Source of the DNA: Clostridiales bacterium
Lineage (GTDB): Bacteria; Bacillota; Clostridia; Christensenellales; CAG-138
Length of the DNA stretch: 64,000 nucleotides
NCBI GenBank assembly: GCA_004558525.1
Contig: SFCQ01000004.1
Span: 117,742-181,741, forward strand
Direction of reading: 5' to 3'
The notes under the pieces were generated by a model, which did not search any database, was not told where the DNA came from, and saw nothing but the letters and a program-made list of their open reading frames with translations. The translations under genes were made by a program, and so were the position numbers. Positions 1-9,856 of this stretch are shown here, one piece after another (position 1 is the stretch's first letter; every line of letters begins with the position of its first letter).

Positions 1-1162
1 CCGCCATCATGCCCACGGCTATGCGGCCTATGTCGCCCCTGCCGAGCACGTCCGCGCCGCCGGCCGTGGCGAGCTTGAGCATTTCATAGCCGCTTGGCGC
101 CTTTTCAGCCCAGTTCAGCCTGTGCAGAAGATAGCCTACCCTTAGCTCCTCAAGAAGGTTGGAGCCATCGTTGCTGGCGCTGCCGTCCACGGCAAGGCCG
201 ACCTTTATGCCAAGCTCCATCATTCTCGGCACGTTGGCTGTTCCGCTTGAAAGCTTCATGTTGGATATGGGGCAATGCGCAACGCCGGAGCCGCTTTTTG
301 CTATGCGCACAAGCTCGTCGTCCGTAAAATGTATGCCGTGCGCATACCATACGTCCCCGCCGGTCCAGCCGAGCGTTTCCATATAGTCATACGGCCTTAA
401 GCCGAAGCGCTCAAGCGTATAGTTTTCCTCGTCCCTTGTTTCGGCAAGATGCGTGTGCAGCCTCAGCCCAAGCTCCCTTGCGGCTATCGCGCTTTGGCGC
501 AAAAGCTCTCCGCTTACGGAAAACGGTGAGCACGGCGCAAGCGCGAGCGTGCGCATAGAGCCGAAAGAGGGGTCGTGATACTCGGCCGCAAGGCGGCGGC
601 TATCCTCAATTATCTCATCAATGGTCTGTACCACGCTGTCCGGAGGCAGCCCGCCGTCTTTTTTGGAAAGATCCATGCTGCCCCTGCTCGCGGCAAAGCG
701 CATGCCAATCTCCTCCGCCGCGGCAAACTGCTCGTCTATCAAAAGATGGCCCGCTTTTTTGGGGAAAACATAATGATGGTCGAACGCCGTGGTGCAGCCC
801 CACTTCATAAGCTCCGCCATTGCGGAAAGCGAGGAATACCTTATAACGTTGCCGTCTATCCCCTTCCATATCTCATAGAGCGCCACCAGCCAGTCAAAAA
901 GCTCCATGTTCTGCACCTGAGGCAGGTTCCTTGAAAAGTATTGATAGAAATGATGGTGCGTGTTTATAAGTCCGGGATAGCATATAAGATGCGCGCCGTC
1001 TATTATGTCTGCGCCGTCCTCAAGGCCTTGGGCGGCGTTCGGGCCTATTTTTGCTATGGCGTTGCCTTCAATAACAATGTCCGCATGCTTATATACGGCG
1101 TCGTTGGCATCGCAGCTCACTATTGCCTCTAAATCCTTTATTATCAGCCTTTGCATCACCAT
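1..1162 (-). CDS. Amidohydrolase-superfamily deaminase (8-oxoguanine/guanine/chlorohydrolase-like), 3' end truncated by the window edge
   Basis: The reverse-strand frame is open from the ATG at 1162 (alternative 1156) to position 1. My translation reads MVMQRLIIKDLEAIV...YPGLINTHHHFYQYFSRNL...LHTHLAETRDE...AHGIHF...AVDGSASND, which has the HxH / H / H / D metal-ligand pattern of amidohydrolases. It is absent from the ORF track because it runs off the window. Confidence 0.7.
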   Translation of the reverse strand, partial: MVMQRLIIKDLEAIVSCDANDAVYKHADIVIEGNAIAKIGPNAAQGLEDGADIIDGAHLICYPGLINTHHHFYQYFSRNLPQVQNMELFDWLVALYEIWKGIDGNVIRYSSLSAMAELMKWGCTTAFDHHYVFPKKAGHLLIDEQFAAAEEIGMRFAASRGSMDLSKKDGGLPPDSVVQTIDEIIEDSRRLAAEYHDPSFGSMRTLALAPCSPFSVSGELLRQSAIAARELGLRLHTHLAETRDEENYTLERFGLRPYDYMETLGWTGGDVWYAHGIHFTDDELVRIAKSGSGVAHCPISNMKLSSGTANVPRMMELGIKVGLAVDGSASNDGSNLLEELRVGYLLHRLNWAEKAPSGYEMLKLATAGGADVLGRGDIGRIAVGMMA

Positions 1163-2442
1163 GGTCTCCTTCCGCAATAAAAATGTTTTTTCCAATAGCT
1201 TGTAGTGTAGTCCCTTCTTACGACCTTGCCCTTGTTGTTGGAGGCGTCTATCATCTCGCTGCTGTTGAGCACTATGCCGACGTGGCCTATCTTGGTAAAG
1301 CCGTCGTCATAGAAGAATATAAGATCTCCCCTTTTAAGCGCGCTCATCTTTTCTATCTTGCTCCAGTCGTTTACACCTGAGTAGCCCGCGGCGTTGAGCC
1401 TTCTCCTGTTGCTGCCCGCCTCCTTGAGGCAATAGTATACAAGGCCTGAGCAATCGAATTTATCCGGGCCCTTAGCGCCAAGCACATATTTGTCGCCAAG
1501 CTGCTTTTTGGCCACGGCTATCATCTTGTCTATATTCGCCTTGGTGCGCTTGCTCTTGGCCTTGGTGGCGCTTTCCTTCGCATCGTCGCTGTATAGCAGG
1601 GCAAAGGTCTTTTCGCCGCACATGCCGTCCGGACTCAAGCCGTTCCTGTCCTGAAACGCCTTGAGCGCAGCCACCGTCTTGTCGCCGTAGTTGCCCGTAA
1701 CGGCGCTCATGTAACCAAGATCCTTAAGCTGATCCTGCATCTCGGTTATGTCGTCGCCCTGCATGCCGTATTTAACTATGTATTTGGGCGCGTCCTGACT
1801 ATACAGCAGCGCAAGTGTCTGTTCGCCCGCTATTCCGTCCTCCTGAAGCTGTACGTCTATCGTGTCCGTAAAGTTCACCTGCCTCTGGAAGAGCCGCACG
1901 GCGTTTTCCGTTGCGGGGCCGAACTTCCTGGTCGGCTCGTCCAGCTCCATAAAGCCGAGCTCTATAAGCCTTCTTTGCAGCGGCTCCACATCGTCCCTCT
2001 CCATGCCCCTTCTAAGCGTCGGATCAGGCGTAGGCGTTGGGGTAGGCTCCAATGTAGGCTCCGGCGCGAACGTGGGCGTAGGCTCCGGCACCACCATAAG
2101 CCCCTGCACCGCGTCCGGCGCGGAGGCGGGCATCCTGCTGCCGTCATTGTCGGCGCTTGCCTTTGCCGACCTGGCGCCGTTTACGCAAACTATCACTATA
2201 GCCACTATGAGCGCAGCCGCGCCCATAAGCCCGCCGGAAAGCACGGCTATGCGCTTTCGCCTGTCCATAAGCAGCACGTTCCTTGCCGCCCGCCTTGCGC
2301 CCATGCGCGTCCTTTTTACGCCGCGCCTTACGCTTCGCTTTATTCTTTTTGATAAACGCCTTAATATGGCGGAAATTGCTGCCATCGCTTCCTCCGGAAT
2401 AAATATTGCTTCTATTTTATATTTAATCCGCACATATTTCAA
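1156..2442 (-). CDS. Membrane-anchored cell-wall hydrolase: two peptidoglycan-binding (PG_binding_1-like) repeats plus a C-terminal NlpC/P60 (C40) peptidase
   Basis: 428-aa ORF with an N-terminal TM segment and a Pro/Thr-rich linker. Two repeats of the LQxxLxxLGY...G.FG..T..A...FQ type are followed by a C-terminal DCSGLVYY...GHVGIV Cys-His motif typical of NlpC/P60. The true start may be an internal Met. Confidence 0.8.
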   Translation of the reverse strand: MKYVRIKYKIEAIFIPEEAMAAISAILRRLSKRIKRSVRRGVKRTRMGARRAARNVLLMDRRKRIAVLSGGLMGAAALIVAIVIVCVNGARSAKASADNDGSRMPASAPDAVQGLMVVPEPTPTFAPEPTLEPTPTPTPDPTLRRGMERDDVEPLQRRLIELGFMELDEPTRKFGPATENAVRLFQRQVNFTDTIDVQLQEDGIAGEQTLALLYSQDAPKYIVKYGMQGDDITEMQDQLKDLGYMSAVTGNYGDKTVAALKAFQDRNGLSPDGMCGEKTFALLYSDDAKESATKAKSKRTKANIDKMIAVAKKQLGDKYVLGAKGPDKFDCSGLVYYCLKEAGSNRRRLNAAGYSGVNDWSKIEKMSALKRGDLIFFYDDGFTKIGHVGIVLNSSEMIDASNNKGKVVRRDYTTSYWKKHFYCGRRPW

Positions 2443-2544
2443 TCAATCAGCCGATATCTACAAATAATATTTACATTTTAAGCTCATGCTCCGCCTTAAA
2501 TCAAGCGGATATGGCGGGCGCAAGGCGCAAAACCGCCCTTTAAG

Positions 2545-2573
2545 TTGACATAGCATCTTCCGCAACATATAAT
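2545..2573 (+). promoter_or_regulatory. Sigma-A-type promoter (TTGACA-N17-TATAAT) upstream of the 2617 CDS
   Basis: Exact consensus hexamers at 2545-2550 and 2568-2573 with a 17-nt spacer, about 45 nt upstream of the start codon. Confidence 0.55.
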
Positions 2574-2616
2574 GCAGCTATGATATTTATTTATAATTTT
2601 ATAGGAGCATAATGAT

Positions 2617-3498
2617 ATGGAGGAGAAGAGAAAGCGCCGCTTTGGCGACAGGAAGGACGGCCGCAGGCTAAGGAGCATGGATCCGCTTTCACGCGTAGCA
2701 AGCTATATAATGGTAAACAGAAGCGGCGCGTCAAACTACTTTGTCGACAGCGTTGATATAGGCGAGATAGAGCGCTATATAAGGCACAAGCGCAATGACG
2801 AGGGGCTTGCAGGCTTTGGCATAATGCATGTGCTTGTTGCGGCTTATGTGCGCTGCGTATCGCAAAGGCCCGCGGTAAATCGCTTTATATCGGGCCAGAA
2901 GGTGTTTGCAAGAAACAATATCGAGGTTAACCTTACCGTTAAGCTCGAGATGAAGAGCGATTCCGAGGAAACCATAATAAAGATACGCCCCGAGCGGGAC
3001 GCCACGGCTACGGACATATACAATCTTTTCAAAAAAGAGATAGAGTTCGCAAGGAGCGGGGAAGACAGCAGCTTTGACGGTGCGGCCAGGATACTTGGGC
3101 ATATACCGGGCCTGTTCCTTAAATTTGCGGTATGGTTTTTGAAGCTGCTTGATTACTTCGGCCTGCTGCCAAAGAAGCTTACGGACCTTAGCCCGTTCCA
3201 CGGCAGCATGTTCATAACCAGCATGGGCTCGCTTGGCATACCGCCGGTGTTCCATCACCTTTATGATTTCGGCAACGTGCCTATATTCATGTCCTTCGGG
3301 CCGAAGCAGAGGAAGCTTGAGATACAGAGCGACGGCAAAATAGTCGAGCAGCGCTTCATAACCTATACCGCCGTTACCGACGAAAGGATATGCGACGGCT
3401 TCTATTTCTCCACCGCGTTCAAGACGATAAAGAGCATAATGCGCAATCCTTATCAGCTTGATGAGCCGCCCAAGGAGATATTCTACGATATAGACTAA
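2617..3498 (+). CDS. 2-oxoacid dehydrogenase acyltransferase catalytic-domain (CAT-fold) protein without a lipoyl domain
   Basis: 293 aa. The C-terminal TDERICDGFYFSTAF resembles the DHRxxDG active-site motif of E2/CAT-like acyltransferases. The N-terminal GDRKDGRRLR is typical of this stand-alone clostridial family, recognised from memory. Confidence 0.5.
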   Translation: MEEKRKRRFGDRKDGRRLRSMDPLSRVASYIMVNRSGASNYFVDSVDIGEIERYIRHKRNDEGLAGFGIMHVLVAAYVRCVSQRPAVNRFISGQKVFARNNIEVNLTVKLEMKSDSEETIIKIRPERDATATDIYNLFKKEIEFARSGEDSSFDGAARILGHIPGLFLKFAVWFLKLLDYFGLLPKKLTDLSPFHGSMFITSMGSLGIPPVFHHLYDFGNVPIFMSFGPKQRKLEIQSDGKIVEQRFITYTAVTDERICDGFYFSTAFKTIKSIMRNPYQLDEPPKEIFYDID

Positions 3499-3508
3499 AG
3501 AAAAAGCA

Positions 3509-3994
3509 TTGGAGAAGGATACCATGTCCATTGAAAAAGTAAGAAGCTATCTTGAGCCGTATGGCGTAGCGGACAGGATAAGGGAGTTTGAGGTGTCCAG
3601 CGCGACGGTGCAGCTTGCCGCGGCGGCATTGGGCGTTGATGAGGCAAGGATAGCAAAATCGCTTTCCTTCCACACGGGCGCCGGCTGCATGATAATAGTC
3701 ATGGCGGGCGACGTTAAGGTGGATAATCATTTGTTCAAGCAGCAGTTCGGCTTTAAGGCGCGCATGCTTTCCGCCGAGGACGCGCTTTTGATGACGGGCC
3801 ACGCCGTAGGCGGCGTATGCCCGTTTGCAGTCCCTGCTGACGTCAAGGTATACCTTGACGAATCGCTTAAAAGATTCGCTACGGTCTTTCCGGCTTGCGG
3901 TACGGCGGCAAGCGCAATAGAGCTTGCTCCGGACGAGCTTAAGGCCTGCCTGCCTGGAGCGGAATGGATAGCGGTATCCAAACCAATTGAATAA
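3509..3994 (+). CDS. YbaK/EbsC-family aminoacyl-tRNA editing (deacylase) domain protein
   Basis: 161 aa. The length and the ...AKSL.F......IIVMAGD.KVD...FK....KARMLS.E......GHAVGGVCPF pattern match YbaK/ProX-type trans-editing proteins. Confidence 0.7.
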   Translation: MEKDTMSIEKVRSYLEPYGVADRIREFEVSSATVQLAAAALGVDEARIAKSLSFHTGAGCMIIVMAGDVKVDNHLFKQQFGFKARMLSAEDALLMTGHAVGGVCPFAVPADVKVYLDESLKRFATVFPACGTAASAIELAPDELKACLPGAEWIAVSKPIE

Positions 3995-4017
3995 ATTTTG
4001 AATTATTGTCACATATC

Positions 4018-4039
4018 AGCCCCTTAAGGGGGCTTTTTT
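4018..4039 (+). terminator. Rho-independent terminator after the ybaK-like gene
   Basis: AGCCCC-TTAA-GGGGCT hairpin followed by TTTTTT. Confidence 0.7.
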
Positions 4040-4104
4040 ATAGCCGCAAATGTGGTATGCTATCTATAATGGCTTTATGCTTGACGAAAGGTCATGATTG
4101 CGAT

Positions 4105-4521
4105 ATGAAGGAACGTTTTATGCGGTTTATGGAGGGGAGATACGGCGCAGACCAGCTTTCCCGCTTCCTTAACTTTGTTGCGATAGCGCTTATAGTGCTA
4201 TCGATGATATTCGGCGCTTTTGGCTTATCCGTGGTATACAGCGTGCTTTGGTGGCTGGCCGTATTGATAATGCTTATAGCGCTGTGGCGCATGTTTTCAA
4301 AAAACATCTCAAAACGATATCAGGCCAACGTTAAGTATCTTACTATAAAAAACAACGTTGTCTCCTTTTTCAGGCGCAAATCCTCGCGCATAAAGCAGCT
4401 TAAGACCCACCGTTTCTTCAAATGCCCCAAATGCGGCCAGGTGGTACGCACACCCAAAGGCAAGGGCTCCATACGCATAACCTGCCCCAAATGCCGAGAG
4501 GTGTTCATAAGGAAAAGCTGA
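4105..4521 (+). CDS. Small membrane protein with a C-terminal double-CxxC zinc ribbon
   Basis: I trimmed the ORF to the ATG at 4105 because the longer frame runs through the upstream terminator. It has two TM helices followed by KCPKCG...CPKC. Its stop overlaps the next start (TGATG). Confidence 0.65.
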   Translation: MKERFMRFMEGRYGADQLSRFLNFVAIALIVLSMIFGAFGLSVVYSVLWWLAVLIMLIALWRMFSKNISKRYQANVKYLTIKNNVVSFFRRKSSRIKQLKTHRFFKCPKCGQVVRTPKGKGSIRITCPKCREVFIRKS

Positions 4522-5372
4522 TGTTCGGCTATGTTATGGCAGACGCCGCAACGCTTTCCACTCAGGCGCAGGCAAGATACAAGGCGGCATACTGCGGGCT
4601 TTGCCACAGCCTTTCGGGCAAAATAAGCCTGGGCAGGCTGCTGCTAAGCTTTGATATGGCGTATCTAACGCTGCTGCTGGATTGCGCATACGAAAGCGAG
4701 ATAAGCGCATCCAGGCTGAAATGCCTTGTCCACCCCATAAAGCCGCGCGAATGCGATATAAGCAAAAATACATCATATGCGGCGGATATGACAATCATAT
4801 TGGCCTATCACAAGGCGGTTGACGATATAATCGACGATAATAAGCTCACAGCCAGGTTTTCAAAAAAGCATCTGGAAAACGCTTACAGGGCCGCCTGCGA
4901 AAGGCACGGCGCAAAGGCGGACAGCATCGAGGCGAGCCTTATGGCGCTTGAAGCCATAGAAAGGCGCAACAGGCCGGGCGCAGATACGGACGAAGCTTCA
5001 AAATGCTTTGGCCGCCTGCTGGGCGAGGTTTTTGCAGAGGGCGAATTTGCACAAAGGCTGCGCCCGTTTGGCGAGGCGCTTGGCAGGTTTATATATATAA
5101 TGGACGCATGGGAGGACGCCGGGGCCGACCGCAAGCATTCCCGCTACAATCCGCTTATATTGAACGACACCTTTGAGCAGGACACATACGCGCTGCTCAA
5201 GGCGCTTATGGCGGCATGCATAAGGGAGTTTGAAAAGCTCCCGCTTTCCTGCGAAGGGGCAGGCAAAACAGAGCTTGAGATACTGCGCAACGTGCTTTAC
5301 CGCGGCATATGGACCAGATATGACATAAAGCGCGCCGCAAAACAGAAAAAGCCTGAAAAGCGCAAAGCTTAA
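4521..5372 (+). CDS. DUF5685-like protein of unknown function
   Basis: I trimmed the start to [13 protein letters not shown]...[12 protein letters not shown], the characteristic N-terminus of the DUF5685 family (from memory). It is translationally coupled to the preceding zinc-ribbon gene. Confidence 0.6.
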   Translation: MFGYVMADAATLSTQAQARYKAAYCGLCHSLSGKISLGRLLLSFDMAYLTLLLDCAYESEISASRLKCLVHPIKPRECDISKNTSYAADMTIILAYHKAVDDIIDDNKLTARFSKKHLENAYRAACERHGAKADSIEASLMALEAIERRNRPGADTDEASKCFGRLLGEVFAEGEFAQRLRPFGEALGRFIYIMDAWEDAGADRKHSRYNPLILNDTFEQDTYALLKALMAACIREFEKLPLSCEGAGKTELEILRNVLYRGIWTRYDIKRAAKQKKPEKRKA

Positions 5373-5392
5373 CGGCGGAAAGGGGGCGCAGC

Positions 5393-6040
5393 GTGACCGA
5401 CCCATACAAGGTGCTTGGTATTCCTACCACGGCTACCGACGATGAGGTGAAGGCCGCATACAGGCGGCTCGCCAAAAAGTATCATCCGGACGCTAACCCG
5501 GGCGACAAGGCCGCCGAGCAGCGCATGAAGGAAATAAACGCCGCTTACGACCAGATAATGAACAAAAACGCCTCCTCGGAGCCGTTCGGCTCAGGCTACG
5601 ACCCGTTCGGCGGGGCATATTCAGCATACGGCGGCGCAGGCGCGCAGGGCGGCGACCCGAAGATGCAGGCCGCATACAACTACCTTGCCTACGGAAGATA
5701 CAGGGAAGCGTTAAACGTGCTTTCATCCATACAGCAGCACGACGCGCGCTGGTATTATTACAGCGCCGCGGCTAATCACGGCCTGGGCAACACGGCGGCC
5801 GCGCTTGAACACGCACGAAAGGCCGTCAACATGGAGCCTGACAACATTGAATATGCCGAGTTCCTTGAACGGCTGCAAAACGGCGGCGCGTACTATTCTC
5901 CCTTCGGCGGCTTTGGCGATTTCGGCGGCTTTGGCGGCTCCCGGAGGGTATATAACTGCTCCTCAGGCTCAGGCAGGCTCTGCCTCGGCGCGCTGGCCAT
6001 GCAGCTCTTCTGCCTGTATTCGCGTTTCTGCTGCCGGTAG
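5393..6040 (+). CDS. J-domain (DnaJ-like) protein with a TPR-like middle, a Gly-rich segment and a Cys-rich hydrophobic tail
   Basis: GTG start. DPYKVLGI...[21 protein letters not shown] contains the HPD motif. It lacks the canonical DnaJ zinc-finger and C-terminal domains. Confidence 0.8.
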   Translation: MTDPYKVLGIPTTATDDEVKAAYRRLAKKYHPDANPGDKAAEQRMKEINAAYDQIMNKNASSEPFGSGYDPFGGAYSAYGGAGAQGGDPKMQAAYNYLAYGRYREALNVLSSIQQHDARWYYYSAAANHGLGNTAAALEHARKAVNMEPDNIEYAEFLERLQNGGAYYSPFGGFGDFGGFGGSRRVYNCSSGSGRLCLGALAMQLFCLYSRFCCR

Positions 6041-6212
6041 ATCATCAGCCGCTATTCACTTTATCCTTAGCCCTGTAAAAAACGCCATAGCTTTTTCAAA
6101 TCTATACACATAATGCATAGTTTTGTTCAATCGCGCCATAATATGCAAAATCGTTAATAAAGCGAGGTTTTTGTTTGATAGTTAACAAACGGGTATTTAC
6201 CCAACAAATATA

Positions 6213-6241
6213 TTGTAAATTCCAAAAGCTGCATTTATAAT
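6213..6241 (+). promoter_or_regulatory. Candidate sigma-A promoter of the V-ATPase operon (TTGTAA-N17-TATAAT)
   Basis: Hexamers at 6213-6218 and 6236-6241 in an AT-rich spacer, about 75 nt upstream of the first ntp gene. Confidence 0.45.
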
Positions 6242-6317
6242 GAATCTGTAGCGCCTTTTGGAGCGTACCTATTTGTTTTAGACGTATCAATATGCATAAT
6301 CAAGGAGGAGCATAGCT

Positions 6318-6629
6318 TTGTCATCGATGATAGAACGCATTGCCGAAGCCGAGCAGCAGGCGCTTGAGCTTAAAAAGCAGGCTGCGGCACAAGCACGCGA
6401 AAAAGCAGCCGAGGCTGCGGCGGAAGCAGCAAGGCGGACCGAGTCCGCGCAGGAAAAAGCGCGCGATAGGCTCGCCTACGCCGAGGAAACGGCAAAGGCT
6501 GAAGGGCGCGCCCTTTTTGACGAGATATTCAACGAAAACGCCGCCAAGGCGGACCAGCGGCGCAAGGAGGCCGAGAAAAGGCTCAACGCCGCGGCAGAAT
6601 ATATAATAGAGAAGGCGGCCCAGGCATGA
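6318..6629 (+). CDS. ntpF: V-type ATPase small coiled-coil stalk subunit (NtpF / G-H-like)
   Basis: 103-aa Ala/Glu/Lys-rich coiled coil in first position of an operon with Enterococcus hirae ntpFIKECGABD order. TTG start 8 nt after AGGAGG. Confidence 0.65.
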   Translation: MSSMIERIAEAEQQALELKKQAAAQAREKAAEAAAEAARRTESAQEKARDRLAYAEETAKAEGRALFDEIFNENAAKADQRRKEAEKRLNAAAEYIIEKAAQA

Positions 6630-8554
6630 TAGTTCCCATGAAACGGCTTACCCTTATCGGCCTTGCAAACGAGAGGGAGCAGGTTTTGTGCGCGTTGCAG
6701 CGGCTTAAGGCGGTGCAGATAATTTCCGAGGGTCAGCTTACGGACAGCGCCAAGCTGCGCCTGCTTGAAGAAAAGGTAGACAGGCTGGACAGCGCAAGAA
6801 AGTCCATTAAGGCCTATTACAAAAAGCCGCTGCTCAGCCCTACGCCGCAATGCACCGAGGATCAGCTTTACAAAAGCAAGGCGTCCGGCGATGCGCTTTG
6901 CCGCGAGATAGAGGGGCTTGAAAGCGAGCAAAGCGCCTGCAAGGCCGAAATAGAGCGCGAGAAGGCGCTCATAGCCTCGCTTGAGCCATTCAGGGAGCTT
7001 GGCACGGACATTGAGCTTATCAAGCCGACAAAGCATATAAGCTATATTTTAGGCGTTGCGGACGCAAAGGCCATGGAGGTCATTGAGAGCATAGAAAGCT
7101 GCCTCGATACGCATATAGGGCTTGAAACCTTCGGCGCGGAGGGCGCAAGGGCCGTGATAATCGCGTGCCAGAGCATAGACTATGAGCCTGTTATGCGCAT
7201 GCTTAAGGAGACCGGCTTTGTCGAGTTCATGCCGCCTAAGCTCACGGGCACTTTTTCACAGAACATAGAAAAAGAAAAGGCGAAGCTTACCTCCATTTCA
7301 GAAAGATTGGAGGAGATCAACAAGCAGCTTGCCGAGGCCGCTAAAAAGCGCGCCGAGCTGGACATGGCTGCCGACGCTTATGCGATAGAGCGCGACAGGG
7401 CGCAGGGGGACGCCGCATTGAGCGTGAGCGAATATGCCTATGTGCTGGACGGCTGGGCCAGGGCGGACAGGCTTGACGACATAAAGGCCGCCATAGAAAG
7501 CGTTACCGACGCCTATTATATGGATACGCGCGATCCTTTAGACGACGAGACGCCGCCGAGCGTCACCAGGAACAGCAGGCTAATAGAGCCGTTTGAGGTC
7601 ATTACCGAAATGTACGCCCTGCCTTCATACAGGGGCATGGACGCGGCCGCGGTGATGGCGCCGTTCTACTTCCTGTTCTTCGGCATGATGCTTTCCGACT
7701 TTGGTTACGGCATGCTGCTGTTTATAGGCGGTATGCTGTACACAAAATACTTAAAGCCCATGGGCAGCACCGCAAAGCTTGTTAAGGTCATAACCTACGG
7801 CGGCCTTTCCACCATGCTGTGCGCGCCGTTTATAGGCACGTTCTTCGGCATGGAATGGAACGATATATTCTCTACCACCATATTCCCGCTGCTCTTCAAC
7901 CCCATGACGGACGTTATGCCCATGATGTTCCTCTCCTGCGGCCTTGGCCTTGTGCATATGTATGCAGGAATAATCGCAAAGATGTATATGTGCTTCCGCG
8001 ACGGGGACTGGCAAAGCGCCATATTCGATCAGCTTAGCTGGATGCTGCTTTTGACCGGACTTGTACTGCTTTTTGCCGCCCCGGCAATAAAGACCGCCGC
8101 GCTCGTGCTTATAATTCTTGGCGGCGGCATGCTGCTGCTGTTTTCCGGCCGTTCCGCAAAAAATCCCATAATAAGGCTCGGCAAGGGTTTCAGCGCGCTT
8201 TACAATATAACCGGCTACCTTTCAGACATTCTCTCCTATGTGCGCATATTTGCACTCGGCCTTGTTTCGGGGGCTATGGGCATGGTGTTCAACCTTATTG
8301 GCGGCCTTTTATACAAGGCGTTTGGCGGCCTTGGCGTGCCGGGCGTAATAATAGGGCTTATAATTGCAGGCTTCCTTTTGATAGTGCTGCACCTGTTCAG
8401 CCTGTTTATAAATACGCTTGGCGCTTTTGCTCACACGGCAAGGCTTCAGTTCATAGAATTTTTCGGCAAGTTCTATGAGGCCGACGGCGTCAGGTTCAAG
8501 CCCCTCGGCATGAACACGCGCACCGTAAACATTGTGGATGACGCCGCAGAATAA
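6626..8554 (+). CDS. ntpI: V-type ATPase subunit I (a-subunit, stator/ion channel)
   Basis: 642 aa with an N-terminal soluble coiled-coil half and a C-terminal multi-TM half containing the ...SYVRIFALGL... Arg motif typical of subunit I/a. Confidence 0.9.
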   Translation: MIVPMKRLTLIGLANEREQVLCALQRLKAVQIISEGQLTDSAKLRLLEEKVDRLDSARKSIKAYYKKPLLSPTPQCTEDQLYKSKASGDALCREIEGLESEQSACKAEIEREKALIASLEPFRELGTDIELIKPTKHISYILGVADAKAMEVIESIESCLDTHIGLETFGAEGARAVIIACQSIDYEPVMRMLKETGFVEFMPPKLTGTFSQNIEKEKAKLTSISERLEEINKQLAEAAKKRAELDMAADAYAIERDRAQGDAALSVSEYAYVLDGWARADRLDDIKAAIESVTDAYYMDTRDPLDDETPPSVTRNSRLIEPFEVITEMYALPSYRGMDAAAVMAPFYFLFFGMMLSDFGYGMLLFIGGMLYTKYLKPMGSTAKLVKVITYGGLSTMLCAPFIGTFFGMEWNDIFSTTIFPLLFNPMTDVMPMMFLSCGLGLVHMYAGIIAKMYMCFRDGDWQSAIFDQLSWMLLLTGLVLLFAAPAIKTAALVLIILGGGMLLLFSGRSAKNPIIRLGKGFSALYNITGYLSDILSYVRIFALGLVSGAMGMVFNLIGGLLYKAFGGLGVPGVIIGLIIAGFLLIVLHLFSLFINTLGAFAHTARLQFIEFFGKFYEADGVRFKPLGMNTRTVNIVDDAAE

Positions 8555-8632
8555 CCTTCGCTTACTCCGGCTAAAGCCGGATAGAGATAACGGACTAAAA
8601 CAAACTTATTTTTCAGGAGGATCTTTATTAAA

Positions 8633-9169
8633 ATGAGCGCCTTACTTTACCAGATGGAAACCGCAGCGCAGAACAGCAGCATATTCGCTAACCTCAGCGA
8701 AAACCAGGTGGGTATTATACTTACCGCGCTTGGCGTTTTTTTAGCCGCCATACTTGCAGGCATAGGCTCCATGATTGGCGTAGGCAAGGCCGGCCAGGCC
8801 GCCGCAGGCGTGGTGGCTGAGCAGCCAGAGCGCTTCGGCAACTGCCTTGTGCTGGAGCTTCTTCCGGGTTCGCAGGGCATATACGGCTTCGCCGTTGCGA
8901 TACTTATACTTATACAGTCCGGCATACTTGGCGGCGCTACCGATGGCATAACCCTTCAAAGGGGCATAGCTTACCTTGTCGCCGGCCTTCCGGTTGGCTT
9001 TGGCGGCCTTATTTCCGCCATACATCAGGGCAATGTTTCCGTAAGCGGCATACAGATGCTGGCAAAGCGTGCCGACGGCTTCGGCAACGGCATGATGTTC
9101 GCGCTGATGGTCGAGACCTACGCGCTGCTTTCACTTATAGTCAGCGTGTTCCTGGTGCTCTTCGCCTAA
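8633..9169 (+). CDS. ntpK: V-type ATPase proteolipid subunit K (c-ring, 4-TM type)
   Basis: 178 aa. LLPGSQGIYGF, IHQGNV and MVETYALL closely parallel E. hirae NtpK LLPGTQGLYGF, IAQGKV and MVETYAIL. Confidence 0.9.
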   Translation: MSALLYQMETAAQNSSIFANLSENQVGIILTALGVFLAAILAGIGSMIGVGKAGQAAAGVVAEQPERFGNCLVLELLPGSQGIYGFAVAILILIQSGILGGATDGITLQRGIAYLVAGLPVGFGGLISAIHQGNVSVSGIQMLAKRADGFGNGMMFALMVETYALLSLIVSVFLVLFA

Positions 9170-9187
9170 TTTAGCGGAGGGGCTGAA

Positions 9188-9796
9188 ATGGAAAAGGAAA
9201 AACTGCCAAACAGCGCGCAGAAGCTTATAGACCGGATAATATCCGAGGCCCGCGATGAGGCGGAGGCCATGCTTGACGCCGCCGCCGGCGAGGCTGAGCG
9301 CACGCTGCTCGTGGCCAGGGACGATATATTCAAAATAGAAGAGGAAGCCGAGCTTAAAGCAAAAAAGCTCAGGGAGGCCGAGCTTGAAAAGAGCCGCACC
9401 AACGCTGCTCTCGATTCAAGAAAGTATGCCCTTAAAACAAAAAGGCAGCTTGTTGACGAGGCCTTTGCGCTGGCAGCCGATAAGCTTAACGCCATGGAGC
9501 AGGCCAAGCGGCTTGAGCTTATAAAAAAGCTTTTGCTCAAGGAGGCTGAGGGCGGCGAGCTCATAAAGCCCGCAAAGGCGGACAGGCAGCTTATAGCCTC
9601 GGCGTTAGATGCCGTAAACGCCGCTCTTAAGGAAGCCGGCAAGGCGGCGCTTAGCATGGACAATGCTGACGCCGGCATAGACGGCGGCTTTGTGCTTACG
9701 GCCAACGGCTACGAAAAGAACTGCTCCTTCGCGGCGCTTCTAAGGGACGTGCGCGCGCAGGAGGAAAGCGCCGTTGCGGCGATACTGTTCGGCTGA
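9188..9796 (+). CDS. ntpE: V-type ATPase subunit E
   Basis: 202-aa charged coiled coil plus a C-terminal globular part; position in the operon fits. Confidence 0.8.
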   Translation: MEKEKLPNSAQKLIDRIISEARDEAEAMLDAAAGEAERTLLVARDDIFKIEEEAELKAKKLREAELEKSRTNAALDSRKYALKTKRQLVDEAFALAADKLNAMEQAKRLELIKKLLLKEAEGGELIKPAKADRQLIASALDAVNAALKEAGKAALSMDNADAGIDGGFVLTANGYEKNCSFAALLRDVRAQEESAVAAILFG

Positions 9797-9856
9797 TACC
9801 ATACCCAGCCGAATGGTGGAGCAGCGATTATGACTATATGGAAGGCGGTATAACAT

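Noticed and set aside
4006-4104. N-terminal extension of the zinc-ribbon protein ORF (ORF-track start 4006).
   Set aside because: The extension reads through the ybaK terminator hairpin and its T-run. The ATG at 4105 gives the conserved MKERFMRFMEGRYG start.
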